From: Raillietiella orientalis
Taxonomy: Eukaryota
Direction of reading: 5' to 3'
Length of the DNA stretch: 64,000 nucleotides
NCBI GenBank assembly: GCA_036172245.1
Contig: JAYWIR010000030.1
Span: 434,001-498,000 of the forward strand
Shown here: one piece after another, positions 39,001 to 52,799 of the stretch
Numbering within the stretch: position 1 is the stretch's first letter
Layout of the letters: each line of letters starts with the position of its first letter
Notes under the pieces: generated by a model
What the model was told of the DNA's origin: nothing
The model's database searches: none
Seen by the model: the letters and a program-made list of their open reading frames with translations, nothing else
Program-made: the position numbers and the translations under genes

Positions 39001-40106
39001 CGGGCGCGCAGGAGTCTTTGAATCCCTCAGTAAGGGATGGCAGCGGCATCACAAGCTCTCCTGTTCCTCCCTCTCTCCCTTTCTTTCGTTTTTTGAGACG
39101 CGTTGGCCCCTCCCAAATCATCCCGGCTCCGCGATATTTCGCATCCGAGCGTGAGGCTGCGCTGACTCGGAGATAAAAAAAAAAAAAAATGGCGGATGAC
39201 TGTGGAGGGTCGGAAGGCGGACAGCTCCCTCCCAAGGGAAAGTAGGGGGCGGGTGGGAGGAAGAGGGCTGATAGGGAACGAGGAACTCCCCCCCCCCTCC
39301 CGTGAAATTCCAGTTAGCAAAGGAAGGAGAGTTGGTTTCTTGGGAGAGCTCCAACAGGAGATGCTCTCTCCGAAATGCACTCTAGGTGGGGAGCGCCCGG
39401 CTCCTGGTAGCGCCTTCCTCCCCGGTCAGCGGACCAGCCCCGAACCAGAAGGAGCAGCCGGTCCAGGAGCCTCCCAGAATGTGGCTCTCGCAGGTTCCCT
39501 TCCATTCCCCTCTCCCGTCCGCAGAGAACGCGCGCGTTGGCACGGCCGACTTATCGCGGGAGGTTTCCCACCCACCCGCCCGGAAAAGAAGGGTGGGCGG
39601 AGGGGGAGGAAGCAAAGGAAAGAGGAAGAAGACGGGACTCATCCGTGCACGCGGCCGCGTGCGTGCGGGCGCTTCCAGCTCCAGAGCGACAACGGGGCCC
39701 TCCATGTTTGCAGCGCCAGGGACCTGAAGAACCCGTCTGACAACGGAGTCAGTTCGAGCTGCAAGGACGTCCCCGCGAACCGAGAAGCCACCTTGCAGTT
39801 CGACAGCCCCTGCTACGACGTCAACGCCTGCAGCAGCATCTACCTGTCCATCAATTCGCAGGCCTCCGACTCGAAGGGGGACATCTGCCAAGGTGATTCC
39901 CATGATCGGGCGATGGTGGACGGAGCAAGGGGATAACTCGGAGGTGGTTCCTTGCAGATTCCTTCTGCCCCCTACCGGATCAGGTCAAGGTCACCTTGAG
40001 CTACAGCAACATGAAGTGCGGATGCATTGCGGCGGTGGTCTCGAAGATGCTGCTGGTCCTCGCTGTCTCTTTAGCATGCTTCAGACTTTACGGTTTCCAC
40101 CAATAA
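27086..40106 (+). CDS. Secreted, predicted GPI-anchored protein (about 810-815 aa): PGLYRP2 N-terminal-like domain, vWA-like domain and Cys-rich C-terminal module
   Basis: 15 GT-AG exons, all phases consistent and stop-free: 27086-27323, 28418-28466, 29736-29840, 29941-30101, 30846-31078, 31185-31361, 31529-31701, 31800-31923, 32004-32184, 32508-32656, 32802-33002, 34540-34662, 37819-37961, 39679-39892, 39958-40106 (2420 nt, ending TAA). There is strong C/G third-position bias. The N-terminus is hydrophobic (GILLALCSLFCG) and the C-terminus is a hydrophobic tail (MKCGCIAAVVSKMLLVLAVSLACFRLYGFHQ*). The start exon is not certain. Confidence 0.88.
28886..29098. promoter_or_regulatory. AT-rich intronic island with clustered CTATTTATAG (MEF2 consensus) motifs
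   Basis: Perfect CTATTTATAG at 28924, 29029 and 29089. Variants are CTATTTGTAG (28886), CTATTTATGG (28987) and CTATAAACAG (29052). It could equally be a degenerate minisatellite. Confidence 0.4.
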
Positions 40107-40327
40107 AAGAGCTTTTCCGGCGACTCTCCCACCTCCTTGCCTCCTCCTCCCGAACAGTGACCACTGGGAGCGCCGTCGCCGAAAGTGCCTGCCGCCCCGA
40201 GCAGCGGCGGAGTCAGCGATGACGTCACTACCGCCTATAGGACCGATCCAACGAGTCGCAGCCCCCATCCCGGTCTATGAAGGCATCCGCGATTGAAGGC
40301 GGCTATTGTGATAATGGCAACAATAAA
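40102..40327 (+). terminator. Candidate polyadenylation signals of the GPI-anchored gene
   Basis: AATAAA overlapping the stop codon (40102-40107) and a second AATAAA at 40322-40327. Confidence 0.4.
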
Positions 40328-43300
40328 CACAGTCATTACCCGACAGGTCAGAAAAGGGGACTCGCGCTCCAAGCTTGCGCCGTTGCCCGGATCGGGGCGA
40401 GGCCATCACCTCGTCCTGCCTCCGTGCAGCGGCAGCGGCGGTCCCACCAGCGCGCCTCCTCGGTGGCGACGCTGCAGACGGCAGAAGACCGCAGCGGCTT
40501 CCCCGGTGCACGCCTCCTCCTTAGCGTCAGGGAAGCGAGGGGGAAACCGGTGTTCGGATGGATCTCAGTCTGGGGGGATGAGCGTGATGTCCGCGGAGGC
40601 TCCCAGCGAGCTCCAAGCACGGAAGGGCGTCCCACGCTTTCAGCATCTTCCAGGCGTCGCCGACGGAGAAGGGTGGGTGGGTGGGTGGAACTGGAAGCGG
40701 AGCTTTGGAGCAAGAGCCCTCTTTGCCACCGGGGGCGCTGCGCTCGAAGAATTCCTGGCTGCGCGACGGATCGAGCGCTTCCCCATCAGAACGAGAGGGG
40801 AATTTCACGCACAAAGGGGATGCGGGAAGAGTGCCCACTGTCCCCTCCCTTCTGTCTTCTTGATGTCAGCAGAACGGTGTCGCGGCACCGTGGGCCGCAA
40901 GGACGCGTTCGTGGCCGTTGCCCACCTCCCCCGCTCGCACCGAAAGGTGTGCGGTTCCCGAACGTCCTCACCAGTGGATCGAAGAGAAGAAAAAGGCGGA
41001 AAAGGTGCGTTCCTCGGTCGGCTTGCCTGCCAGGAGCCTCAGGCAGTGGTCCGGCAGCCCACTGAGGAAACGCCTTCCAGCGACGTCCTTCTCGGATGGC
41101 TCTCTCCAGATTGCAGCCTGCTGTTCCCAGAGGCAGTAAAGCGAAGGAGAATTGTTGCCGCCACCCTTCGCAGCTGACCTTCTTCGGCTGCCAAGCGGTA
41201 TGCTTTGGACAATGAAGGAACCTGGGATGGCGTTCTGCTTGGCATCCCCGAAGATTCTCCAGCGCCTACGTTGCAGCTCGCGGCGTGCACTGAAGTGCCA
41301 GAGGTCGTCGAGCTCGTCCCTGACTACCGAGTTAGCGATGAGAAACGAGGATGAATCCGACCTTCCTGGAGGTGGCAGGAAGGCAGTGGCATTCGCGACG
41401 CCGAACGGCGAAATGGAAGGACCTGGAATGTAGAGAAGATCGTGGCCCAGGATGAGATAGAGGCGGTAACGTGTGACTGAGTTGTTGCTGCTACCCTGCT
41501 GATGCCCAAGATCTTTTGCGGCTGTTGCCGGGCGACGAGGGTATCGCAGTATCCTCGAGCTGGGGAGTTCCCTCAGCTTCCCAGGTTACCTGCAAGAGGT
41601 GCTTTTCTTTCCGGGACCCGGACGGAAGGATGGCTGTGGACCGAAGAGGATCCTCTTCGTCTACTTTCAAGCGAAGAAGGGAGGCGAGTTCAACCCCAGT
41701 CCAAGGTGTCCGCGTTCACCAGATGCAGGCATGCCACGTCGAGGGACTTTGCACTTCACGCGGGACCACCCGTTAAAGATGGAGGCATCCGCGTGGTCAG
41801 GACTGACAACCTCCATTGCCGCAGCGCCGCCCTCCCTCAGGGAACACATGGCAGCAGCCTTAAGGCTAGGTGACAGGCCTCCGTGGAGATCTCCGCCAGG
41901 AGAAAAGGACTGGGTGGGTGAAAGATGGTCCAGCTTGCAGACGCTGCGACCCCGAGTGCCCCACCCTGAGGCGCTGGAGCGAGCTACTGGATATTCCGAA
42001 GGAGGATCTGCAGTGGCCCCAGTGCTCTTGGACACTTATACACCCATATTCTTCCCTTGAAGTGGCAGGAGTCGGCGTTGATGCTGCTGCACCGCATTCT
42101 CCCGTGCAATGCCCGCAGGCATCACTGGACACGGGGGGTATGTGGACCCAAACTGTGGCAGGCGCGTGGAGTGCGAATTCCCCCACCCCACCTCCTTCTC
42201 GATAGTGTTGTTGCCCTCCGGCCCATCTGGGAACTACCGCGACCCTAGGAACCCCCGGCGGCAACTTCAGAGACGCTTTAAGACCCCTCCTTGTTCGTGA
42301 CGCCCTTCGGTCGGCAGCTCTCTGCTGCCCACTCGGGATCGTAGCTGCCTGGAGGAACGCAAGACACAGCGACAGTGATGCCATCCACTTTGCCGTCCGA
42401 TTCATGTGGGTGACAAGATGGCCTCACCTGAAGAGCAACATGCAGAAAGACCTTTCCGGCATCCTCGGACTGCCTATAAAAGGACGTAATCCCTTCCTGC
42501 CCCCCAATTTATTTGATTATTTCTGTTTTTGTTTGTCCCTTCCTCAATGCTGTCTTGGCAGAGTCCCCGATCTGCGAACCGGTGACGCGGTAGGTTAGAA
42601 CTGAAAAGCACGTGATTGGACCACTGGTCCAACCGCAGGATTTGTAAATGTTTATTTATTTATAAATAAACGACCCGGCACCCCCGTGTGATGACGTATT
42701 TCACGCGGCTGGAGTCAGTCGAGGACACGCTGGGGTCAGACCGGACTGCAAGGAAGGGAGACGCAGTTCGCAGACGTGGCTCCTACCCGTTGAGGACACC
42801 AAACTGCCTGGAGGACCACGCCCTCGTCCTCCCTCTACGCTTCCATCTTGCTGGTGCACTGGGCTGTCCTTCGAAGTGAGGTCAGTGACACGCCTCATCG
42901 AGGAGGCAGTGAGCACTCCTCGTCGTGGGTTTCTGGTACGCCCCGGAAGTTCTGGAGGGGCGTCACGAGACTCCAAGACTTGCCGGTCGCCTCGCCTCCG
43001 GTGATCTGCCGTGTGCGAGCCGCGCTGGCCGCCAAGTCGGAGGGGGAAGGGCGGGAACGTCGTTCCCTGGGGAACGCTTTGCGATCAATCACCGCCTGCG
43101 CTCAGCGAAGGGTGACGAAATAGGGCGATCCGGGACTCGAGGTGAACCTTCAGGCGATTGCGGGTAGGCTGACACGCCCTACTTCTTCCGACGCGAGCCC
43201 GCACGAAAGTACCGCGCGGCCGGCCAAACTCCTCATTCCCTGTCTGTCTATCGACCTCTTTCCCTCTTCCTCCGCTCTCCCCTATTTCCGTCTTCCGTGA

Positions 43301-46300
43301 GGGCGGTCCCTTCCGCGCTGGCACACATCGACCAGAGAAGCACGGATTTGTTGATTTGCGTCGAACGAGTGGCTTGGAGCGACCGCGGAGGTCACACTGG
43401 GAGTTTCTTCCAAACAAAATGCGCATGGAGGGAATACGCAATGGACGGGGAGCGGTCCGAAGACGCCGCTCCTTCCAGGGACAGCCGCTCGAGGGAGGGC
43501 GGCACCGGCTCGCAGGTCGGCTGCGGACGCAGGCCTCACCGAAGTGGACTATACGTGGCAAATTAGCGGTGAGGCCAGCGTGTGAGAGGGTGAGAGGTCA
43601 TCGTCGCCGCTTCCTTCCGTGCCAACCGGACTACGATGCTGGCAACAGCTGTGACGTCATCCTTTTCGAACGGGCTCGGCTCCAGACGGGCGGGACCGCC
43701 TCGTCGCTGCCTCCCGGCCAGAACCGGGAGGAGAGGGGCGATCGGCCGGGGGCGCGGACGGCGCGCGCGCGACTCGACGGCCGCCAGACGGGGAGTGCTC
43801 TCTGGGACGAGTTTCACGGCGCCGCCTGGAACCTGGCCTGGGCGAGTCCTTGCCACGTACCTCGGGAAGAGAGCAACGTGGCCCGGCGTCGGAGGCGTCG
43901 GTCCCGCCTTCCCGCCTTTGACGCGTGCAGCGGAGCCGGTTCCCGTCGCGCGGAGCATGATCACCGCCGAGGAGGAGGAGGAAGGGAGGGTGGAAAAGGA
44001 GGGAGGAAGGAAGAGGGGAAAAGGAGGGGGAGGAAGGAAGAAGAGAAAGAGGAGGAAGACGGAAGAACTTTTCGGTCATGCCGAGGGCGTTTCCTTACCC
44101 TAGAAAGTAAACAAATAGAGGTGCGCGCGCGTACATGAGGCGCAGGAGCCTCGTCCTTGAGCGCACTTCCTGAAGACCAGCACGGCGGCGAAGACGAGGA
44201 CGGCAGGCGGAGGATGAAGCGGCCGGCGCGCGTGGCGTCCCCGCCGACCCGCTTGATCCCGACCGCGGGAGGGAGGAAGGGGGATTGGCGGCCTGCCCTA
44301 CCTCCCAGCGCGGAAGCCGGGGCCAGCGGTGGAGCGCCCGCCGGGTGCGGCCGTCCCAGCCGGCTCCGCTGGGGGAACCGACCTCCGGAGGGGGGTGCAG
44401 GATTCCCGGGATGCCTGCTAGGGGATGCTAGTGATCCGTTCGGGAGGTGCACTGGCGCCGCAAAGCACGGAAAAAGGGAAAGCGCGTGTTCCCCTCCTCC
44501 TGCCCTTCCATCCGGGTTTGCCTTGCGGTTTCCGGGACACTGCCGTGCCCGGCGTCCCCTCTGGATATCCCTTCGCCTTCTAGTTTCTCCTTGCCGCTCG
44601 CCTGGACTCAACCGCTCCCGGCTGCCCTCGTCGAGAATAGTGAGCGCGGAGTCAGGTGGCGGCACGAGCGTAATAAATGCAGGCGGACTTCCCTCGTCAC
44701 TCCTCCCCATCAAGATCCCTTCCCGACACAGCCATAGCAGCTTCGAGAATTACCCCCCCCCTCCCCCCTCTCGAAGCGGGCTAGCAGTCCCGACCGTTCC
44801 TCGAGGAATTCGAGAACCCCTCGGGCAGCGACGGCACGGCACCGGGGTCGCCGATTCTCCGCACCGCCCCCATCTCGGGGTCGCAGAAGGAGGGATGTAG
44901 CCGCAGGCAGCGGCTCAACAACATGGGCTCGTCCTCTTCCCCGCCGCTCCTTTCGGTCGATCCCGGGAGGTCGACCCCGAGAGGACAAGAAGGGACAGCG
45001 GGAGAGCGTGCCCCCTCCCTCTTGCAATGAGTTTGCTCCGTGGGCTGGCAAGGGACCTCCTGCCCTCCCGAAAGGGGCCTCATCGGCGTGGTTCCTCGGC
45101 CGCCACCCGATGGCACCGAGGAGCCACCCCGGAGACATCCCGAGGAGAGGACGAGCAAGGAGCGGCGGTACAGACGCAGCATCGCAGGCCACGCCCATCG
45201 CTCGTCCCGGTTTCTCGGAGCGGCGGTGAACCCCCTGCCTGCCTGCCGGCTATGTATGGGGCAGGCGCCGACTTCCACGGAGGAAGAGGTTCCCTTCTTC
45301 TCCTTCTCCCCGCCTCTCCGGTTGCTAAGACGACTCTTCTCGTCGGTCCCTGGGAAGATCGGAGAGGCGGCGCGGAGGTCTGGGGGCGGCTACTTGGAGC
45401 TGAAAGGCGCCGCCGGCAGTTTCGGTGGCAGCGGCACGACCCTGTGGCGCACAGAAGACCCCTTGTTGGGAGAGGAAGCTCTCGTTCCGGTTTTCCGCCC
45501 GTTGGGAGCACCCGGAAAAATCGGGCCGTCCGGCCGCTCTCGGGGCTCCCGGCTCGCTCGGGGGAGGGGGGGGGGGGTGCGACGGCGGCGGCTACCGGTT
45601 TGGAGCGTGGCCATCTCGGCCCCCTCCTGGCCGTCGTTTCCGCGGGGCGGCGCTGCGCTCGGGCAGGCGCGTGGGCGAGAGCAGAAGGCGAGCGAACCGA
45701 AATCTCCCTCCCCCGTCTCCCCGCGCCCTTCTCGGATACCGCGCGTCCCTGGCCGTTCCCGTCCCGCCGCCTCCGAAGCCCTCTCGACCCGTCGGCAGCA
45801 TCCCTGCTCTCGGGGGGAGGGTCCCAGGAGTCGGTAGAAAGACGAGGGAGGCACCCGAGATCGGTCGGATCGCCGAGCCGGAGGCGTCGTCCCGCACTCG
45901 CTGGCGCGGCGCGGTGCGTGGCCGCCGCCGCTCTCGCGTGCCCGGCGGCTCTCGCGTTCAGCACGCCGCCGTTCCAGCCAGCCAGGATCGCGCCTCGGCC
46001 GACCTCGCCAGTTTCGATGATGACTCTGCGCGGAGTCGACCAGCGGGCCACGGGCCCTCCACGCGTACCCTGCGCGCAACGGCCGGCGGTGTGCGCGCGC
46101 AGCTTTTTCCGCGCGCGCCCCGTGCCGTCGAAAGCGCCGGAAACGTGGACGCGCAAGTCGCGCGGATTTCCCGCCTCCTCCACCCGACGGGCCCGCAGCC
46201 GTGCGCATCGGTTCATCCGGAAACTTCTCGAAACAACAACAAAGGGAGGGGGAGCAGAGGAGGAGGAGGAGGAGGAGGGGGGGGAGGGGGAAAGAAAGAA

Positions 46301-49300
46301 AGAAAGAGCGGACGAAATTTTTCGGCCTTTCGAACGCATCCTGGTGAAATCTACGGGGAGGAGAACCGGGAGCAGGGGCGACCGACCCCTCGTGCCCCCC
46401 TTCTGCCCGGTTCCTGCCGCCCCTGGGCGAAATCGTCGTCACGGAAAGCAGCAGGCCGGCTGCGAACCGAAGTGGGGCGCGCACGGGGAGGTCGGGGGGA
46501 GGAGGACGATCCCGGCGACCGGGAGCCGGCGATGGGCCCTGCGGCTGCTGCACTTGCCGGGAGGTTGGCGGTTGCGCTGGACAGCGGATGATGGTTCTTG
46601 CGCACGGCTGCGCCATGGCTTCCCGGTCCCCGCGAAGAAACCTCCCGGGCGACGTCTTCACGTCCCGGGAGGTGCCTCGCTCAGACCCTGGAATTTTTCT
46701 CCGACTGCTGCGCTGCCCGGGGAAGGCGGAGACTTGCGCTTCGCCGGGCTGCGGGCGGTGGTCTCCCGAGACAGCGAATACGCCGGCAGTGGGGGGAGGG
46801 AGTGCACGACAAGCTGGTCGCCAACTGCATCTCTTACCGTGCGGAAGCATCCAATGCTGTACTTTCTCCCGTATGTTTTTTTTTTTGTTTTTCCCCCTCC
46901 CCCCCCCCCCCTTTTCCGGACTCCTTGCGCTCGGGAAGCGCGTTAACCATCCCTTTATCTTTTCTTCCCACGGATAAAATCCTGTCCGATCGCTTATGTG
47001 GTGGGATGCTCTGACGCTTCCCCGTTTGGGGGAACGATTCTCTTGATCCAGGGGAGGTGATCTAGCGGCGCAGCATCCCTCGCGAAACGCACGACGACGC
47101 TCGCGCGTGTCAGAATCGAAATCTCGACGACCGCGTTTCCCGGAGAGACATCGGTCTGTAAAGCAGGATGACCTTGGATATCCCAACACCGCAACCGACG
47201 CGACGCTTCGGGCTCCCGGTGATTCATGTTCCGCCGGGTTTCGGCTTGGTTCTTCCCTCCTCCTGCATCGAACGATACGCAAAACAAGACCAAGACGGTG
47301 TTTTCTCGGTCCAGCACGGGCGGCATCCGCAAGCAGCAGCTCGCAAGGGAAGACGGGGGATGATGATGCTTCCAGCCAAGTCGCCAAGACGGCGGTTAAA
47401 CGGAGGGCAAGCAGCGAAGACGCCGCCGCACGGCAGGGATGGATGGAGGAGGATTTAAGCCCTTCGCAGTAGGGTGACGACGCGTGACTTCACAAGAAGA
47501 GAGGAACGCGAAAAAGGGGTGGTTCGCGGAAGAGAACCGCGATCTTCATTCGCAAACTTCGTTTTCCCACTCCACGTTGGCGCTCTTCGAGGCAAACCCG
47601 GCAAGCCGGGCTTGCTCGCTTTCCTGACTTGACGAACTGGGGATCGCTGAAGCTGAATGGAACACGTCACCCTGTTGACACGCACCTGCGTCAGCAATTT
47701 GACGACACCGAGCGATGGAGTTTCGTGGTAAAGTTTTTTGCCGGTGCTGACCTCCAGTTGAGCCGAGAATATCGGGGTTCAGAGAAACACACGGACGACG
47801 AAAATTCTCTCCTCAAGAGCCTCACAGACTCACTCTCCGGTTGATGAGCAGCTCAAAGAAGTTCCAGGAAGTGGAGACGGAATTTTCACTTTCATTCTAA
47901 AACTAAAAGAATCCTCCAAAGCGCAGCTCCCAACAGGATAGCTGACGTGTGACGAGATTTTCCCCCTTCTTGATAGGTCAACATGACCATTTTATCCATA
48001 ACTGCACGACGGCTAGTCGTTCCAGCGTGTTTACATCGGACGCCTCATGGCGAAGTACCAATTCCGCTAATTATGATGCAATGAATCTCAGTGATTCTAA
48101 GCAATCCGAGGAATACGAACTTTTCCTTTTTTGCATCAACGCCAAAATCGTTCCAAACGAGCGTTCCTCGAGGAGTGGCATTCCAGACATGCGCGCCAGC
48201 GGCAGGCAACGAGTGTACTATACAGAAAGAAACAACAGCACCACACGGGAAGAAGCAAGACTGAGCTCCGGCTTGTCGTCGATCCTCTGGTTCATCTGCA
48301 TGTACGAAGAGGAATTTCGCCCAACACTTCATCGGAGACGGCCCGATGGCCAGTCAGAGATCAGAAGCTGCTGGAAGAAACGACAAGGAGCGAACGCATT
48401 GTCCGATTTGTGAACCATTTTGTCCTGGAAGCCAAAATCCAGATCCAGGCAGCTGCTGCAGTTTTAGAAAAATGTCCATCAGCTGATATTCGAATCTCAA
48501 ACCTTGCCGCAGTATTCCGCCCAGTAACGCACATGGTAACCCCATCGAAGCAAGCTTTTCTGGAGCTTAGCCATATGCTTCGGTGTGCAGCATCTCTCCG
48601 GGAGAGACTCTCAAAGACATGCCTTTCAGAAAGCACGACGACAACTTTTCAATTGATGCTCTCGGCGGATCAAAAAAATACGAAATTAGTGCTGTTTGCA
48701 CACTGACTGTGTGATCTCTCTGCTCAAATTCCGCCGTCCCCCCCCCCTTTTTTTTTTTTTTTTTTTTCTTCCCAGGATGATCTCATGAACATCAGGTGTT
48801 TGGACCGCTTCAACTGAACAAATGCCATGTTAGCACCTAATGCCACTCCGAGGTTTAAATTCAGTATGCTCACGTCAACGTCAGGAGGACCAACTGCTCC
48901 AGAGGAGAGAGTACGGAACACACATTAGCATAGTGAGGATCGCCGATCTTGTGCTTTTGGTCTTGCCTTTTTGATCATACAATGAAATACTCAATTGCAT
49001 CGCACGCTGCTAGCCAAAGGCTACGCATCCACAAGTATTTCCGATGCAAATCACACAGAAACGAGACACTTCTTGCTTAAAAAAGAAATCCCATCAGTAC
49101 GTGAAAGCATTAATGGAAGAAACGTGATTCGCTCCTCAAACTCCAACTCATCTTTATTCATGCATCAAAACATGCGAGCATCTTTATTCATGTCGATTTG
49201 ATTCCTGGTTTCCGTCAGTCGGGTTCGAACGACTGCTTCGGATTCAAGTCGAATTCTTCGCGTCTCTTCGTTTCTCTCGATCTTAATTTCTGCCGGCGTC

Positions 49301-50267
49301 CTCCTGCCGCTCATCAGAATCGACCGACCGGTGCACAAGGTATCATTTCCAACAACCTCTGACGATGGCAGCCTTCTTCGCTGACGTTAAGGTGGTCAGT
49401 ACCGTCTCACAAGGGAGCCCGACGCCGCCCGGGGTTTCGAATCCAAGCGCTCTTTCAGTTACCTCGTGCTCCCTGCGCTGGGCTGACGCAGGGGAGGCGA
49501 CTCGCAGAAGAAAAGTAATGCAACAGATTGGACGGGATGCCAAAGGCGAGGAGCACGCTTGCAGCGAAAATGGCTCTGCGAATCCGAAAGCCCTCCGCCC
49601 AATTGAGCAACAATTTCACTTCCGGTTCTTTTCAGCCACTTCAGCGGGGACCAACCGAACCGATGAGGCGAGGCGTAATGGGGACCGTCGCTCCTCGGGG
49701 TCGAGCGCTGCCAAACATTATGAAGATGTGTGTGCAACACACACTTTGGCGGCCAATTCCCTATTTATCTCCGTCTTTTTAAGCTGCACAATGTTCTCCG
49801 AGTCCTTGATTTGCGAAAGGGCATCGGGAAACCGTAACAACGCTTATTACTTTCAACCACTTAAATACGATGGTTTTCGGATACCCTTCCCCCCCCCTTT
49901 CCTCCTCCTCTTCGTAATTCGCTGAAGAGTCGGACTTTTTTCTTCTTTTTTTTCCCCCCCCCTTCGCCTCCCCATTTCTTTCGTACGGGAAACACGACTT
50001 GATTTCTCAGCAGGACATTGCAAAATATTGATGATAGAAGACGGAGTGAACCGTTGACACGGATCGAACTATCGAAAGAAATAGTGTTGACACGTGAAAT
50101 CGGTTTCGTAATTCGCTATCACGTTTTCCGGGAACAGTTGCATGGAAGTCACCTTCCGCGTTGTGCGAATTCGGCTTATTGCTTGCTCGCATTCGAGTCA
50201 ACTCGCTCTCGTGTTTGACCATCTGTCTGCCATCCGATGCGTGTCCCGACTTCCGTGTAACTCTCCT

Positions 50268-50268
<1 letters not shown>

Positions 50269-50307
<39 letters not shown>

Positions 50308-50382
50308 CAGGATGTTTTTGGATCGCCGCGTTCCCCAAAGCACGCAACGTTTTTCCCACACACACGCACACACACACACACA
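50269..50382. repeat. Two (CA)n microsatellites
   Basis: About 50269-50303 and 50357-50382. An (ACT)n run also lies at about 50763-50783. Confidence 0.9.
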
Positions 50383-52799
50383 CTGGCGTCGTCGGTGGTG
50401 ATGGATGTGCAGGACTTCCGAACGGCGCAGCACGCAAAGTCCCCTCGGCAACCACTGCTTGGAGACCCCTCTTTGCCGCCGCGGCCGCCCGGAGGACCGC
50501 ACCATGCCGGAAGAGGAGCGTGGACACCGTGGAGGGGGAGGGAGGCACGGAATTTCCACGAAGAGGAGGGACTCGGCGTCCCGTTTTACCGCAGGCTCCC
50601 AGGTTTCCCGGTATGTGATGATCGCTTTTCTGGACGGCCGTCGCAAGCAACGAAAATGATGAATGACGCGTTGGAATTGGTTGCTGTTCAACGCCAGCAC
50701 GCCATCCAGATGGTCCGATGGAAAAATCGACTATTTGCAAAGCATGGAGCATAGGAACTAGGTACTACTACTACTACTACTACTTTCCTTACTCGAAAGT
50801 CGGGAGCCAGAAAAAAAACAAAAAACAAAAAAAAAAAACGAACGGAAGATAAAGGGAGATGTCGCACCTGATAATAAAGTGAGACAGCGTTCCACTGTTT
50901 TCGAAACACCAAACAAGTGGCCAAGGAAGAACGAGAAAATCGTTAGAATCCTTTGTGCCGGGGCAGTCCGTGCAGGCTCGGACTTGGGAATATCGTGGGG
51001 CTTTCACATGGGGAAATCCACGATTCCGGATGCAAACGGGAGTGCAACAGGCGGTCCCCCCTCCCCACCGCCAACTCTCCCGAAGAGCCACCGTGGTCCC
51101 CGAAGCATTTCTGCTCGACCGGCTCGGTTCTCCGGTCAAGAAAGGGTTCCTCCCTTTCAGATGATGTACGATGTCGGGAGTGCTCCCAACAGAAGAATTT
51201 ACCATTTGCTCGTTTTGCTCGTGGAATTCGTCATCAAATTCATCTGCTTCCTTTTTTTTTTTTTTTTTTTTTTTTTTTGGCAAGAGAGCTCCACTTCCCT
51301 GAATGTAGAGATAAACATTATCTTACCGAGATAAAGATAATGACACATAAAAAAAAAAAACTCTCATTAACAACGCGAAAGTTCTTTTTTTTTTTTTGGA
51401 CAGAAAAAAAGACAAAAAGGAAACGCTACTAATTTTTATCGGCCACGTCATTTTGCAAATTCCTCTACTGCCAAACATTCGCTTGCGTTTCCCCCTTTTT
51501 CTATCCGCTGCTCGAACTGCCCGTACACCCAAAAGCTTTCACGTGTTTCCGATGACTCAACGCTCGAGGTAACATTCTTGACCTTTCCGACTGTCCCGAG
51601 AACTCGGAGGCGGGCAAAGAGGCCACGGCGCCGATTCCGAAGGAAGACACCACCACCGAGGGACCGGGGGGGGGGGGATTTTTCCCGGGGTCGCCGCGCA
51701 GTGCCTTCCAGGCGCCCTGCGGCCCCAACCCCAGCACTTGCTGCTCGTTTTTTCCCGGCTCGGCTGCTGGAGGCTCTTCGGCGAGCTGGAAGCGCTCCGT
51801 GCGGAAGAGGGGCTGCTGCCCGTTCTTCCGCACACCCCACAGCACTCGGTGGAGGTCATGCAATCGATTTTCGCACAACCGCCGCTGGTCCGCACGCAGG
51901 GCGCGACAAGAAGTGGCGGCAGCTTCCTCCTCCGCGCGCCCGGGGAGGCGCTCCACTTTGACCACCACCGCGGTCACCGCCTGCAAGCAAAACTGCCCCG
52001 AGATCGCTACGTCTCCGCGATCTGCCACCCGCCGGACACGGAGAATGACCCATTCAATGGGTGAGATCCGCTTTAGGTATAACAGTTTACAAATTCAGCA
52101 TATTGAAAACAATTCATGCAGGGCCTCCATGAGAGTCCGCTCGTATGAATGTGCAAACATTTTGCCCATCCTATTTGCAACATGTCTTGTGAATGCAGGA
52201 AAACAAACAAACAAAAAAAAACTCGAAATTGAATAAAAACATATATTTCAGTAGGATATACATAATATGCAAATGAGATACAGAATATAATAAGCATATG
52301 GCATGTCTATTTAAACGAATTAGTTCGATACTTTTCTCAATACGAAGTTAAAGTCAATCATCAAAAATAAAAACTGTACTTCTACACTATTGAGTTCATA
52401 TGAAAGCATGTATTGTAATATAATTTTTATATTGAGAGTTACATACCCATAGTTCATTATAATGCACATTATTGTGTAAGGCACTTCATTTTACAATTTT
52501 AATATTTATTAGTGAAGCATTTTCAACCAAGAAAGTCAGCTGAAATGCAACTAACATTGCACAGCAAAATGACTCATGAAAAACTCAAATGTGAAGTAAG
52601 AAAATTATTTTTTTTCTATAATAATGATTTATCTGGGCTGAAAAAACTGGTTTCTTTTCTATGGATTGGATAACCCAATGAATTAGTACCTAAAACATAG
52701 AGAAAATAATAACTCAAAATTTCATTCTGCAAGATCCAAATCACAGAAAAGTTTTTCAAAACACTCAGAAACAGAAAGTCTAAACAAAACATTACCTTG

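Noticed and set aside
45027..47387. Very long overlapping ORFs (639, 665, 419 and 388 aa) on both strands
   Set aside because: Extremely GC-rich DNA with few stops. Translations are R/G/P/A low-complexity, run through homopolymers and show no domain or consistent codon bias. A real exon inside cannot be excluded.
51501..52028. Wnt-like look of SCRALRADQRRLC
   Set aside because: The ECQxQF and RWNC motifs and the rest of the Wnt cysteine pattern are missing, and both strands are open as expected from GC content.
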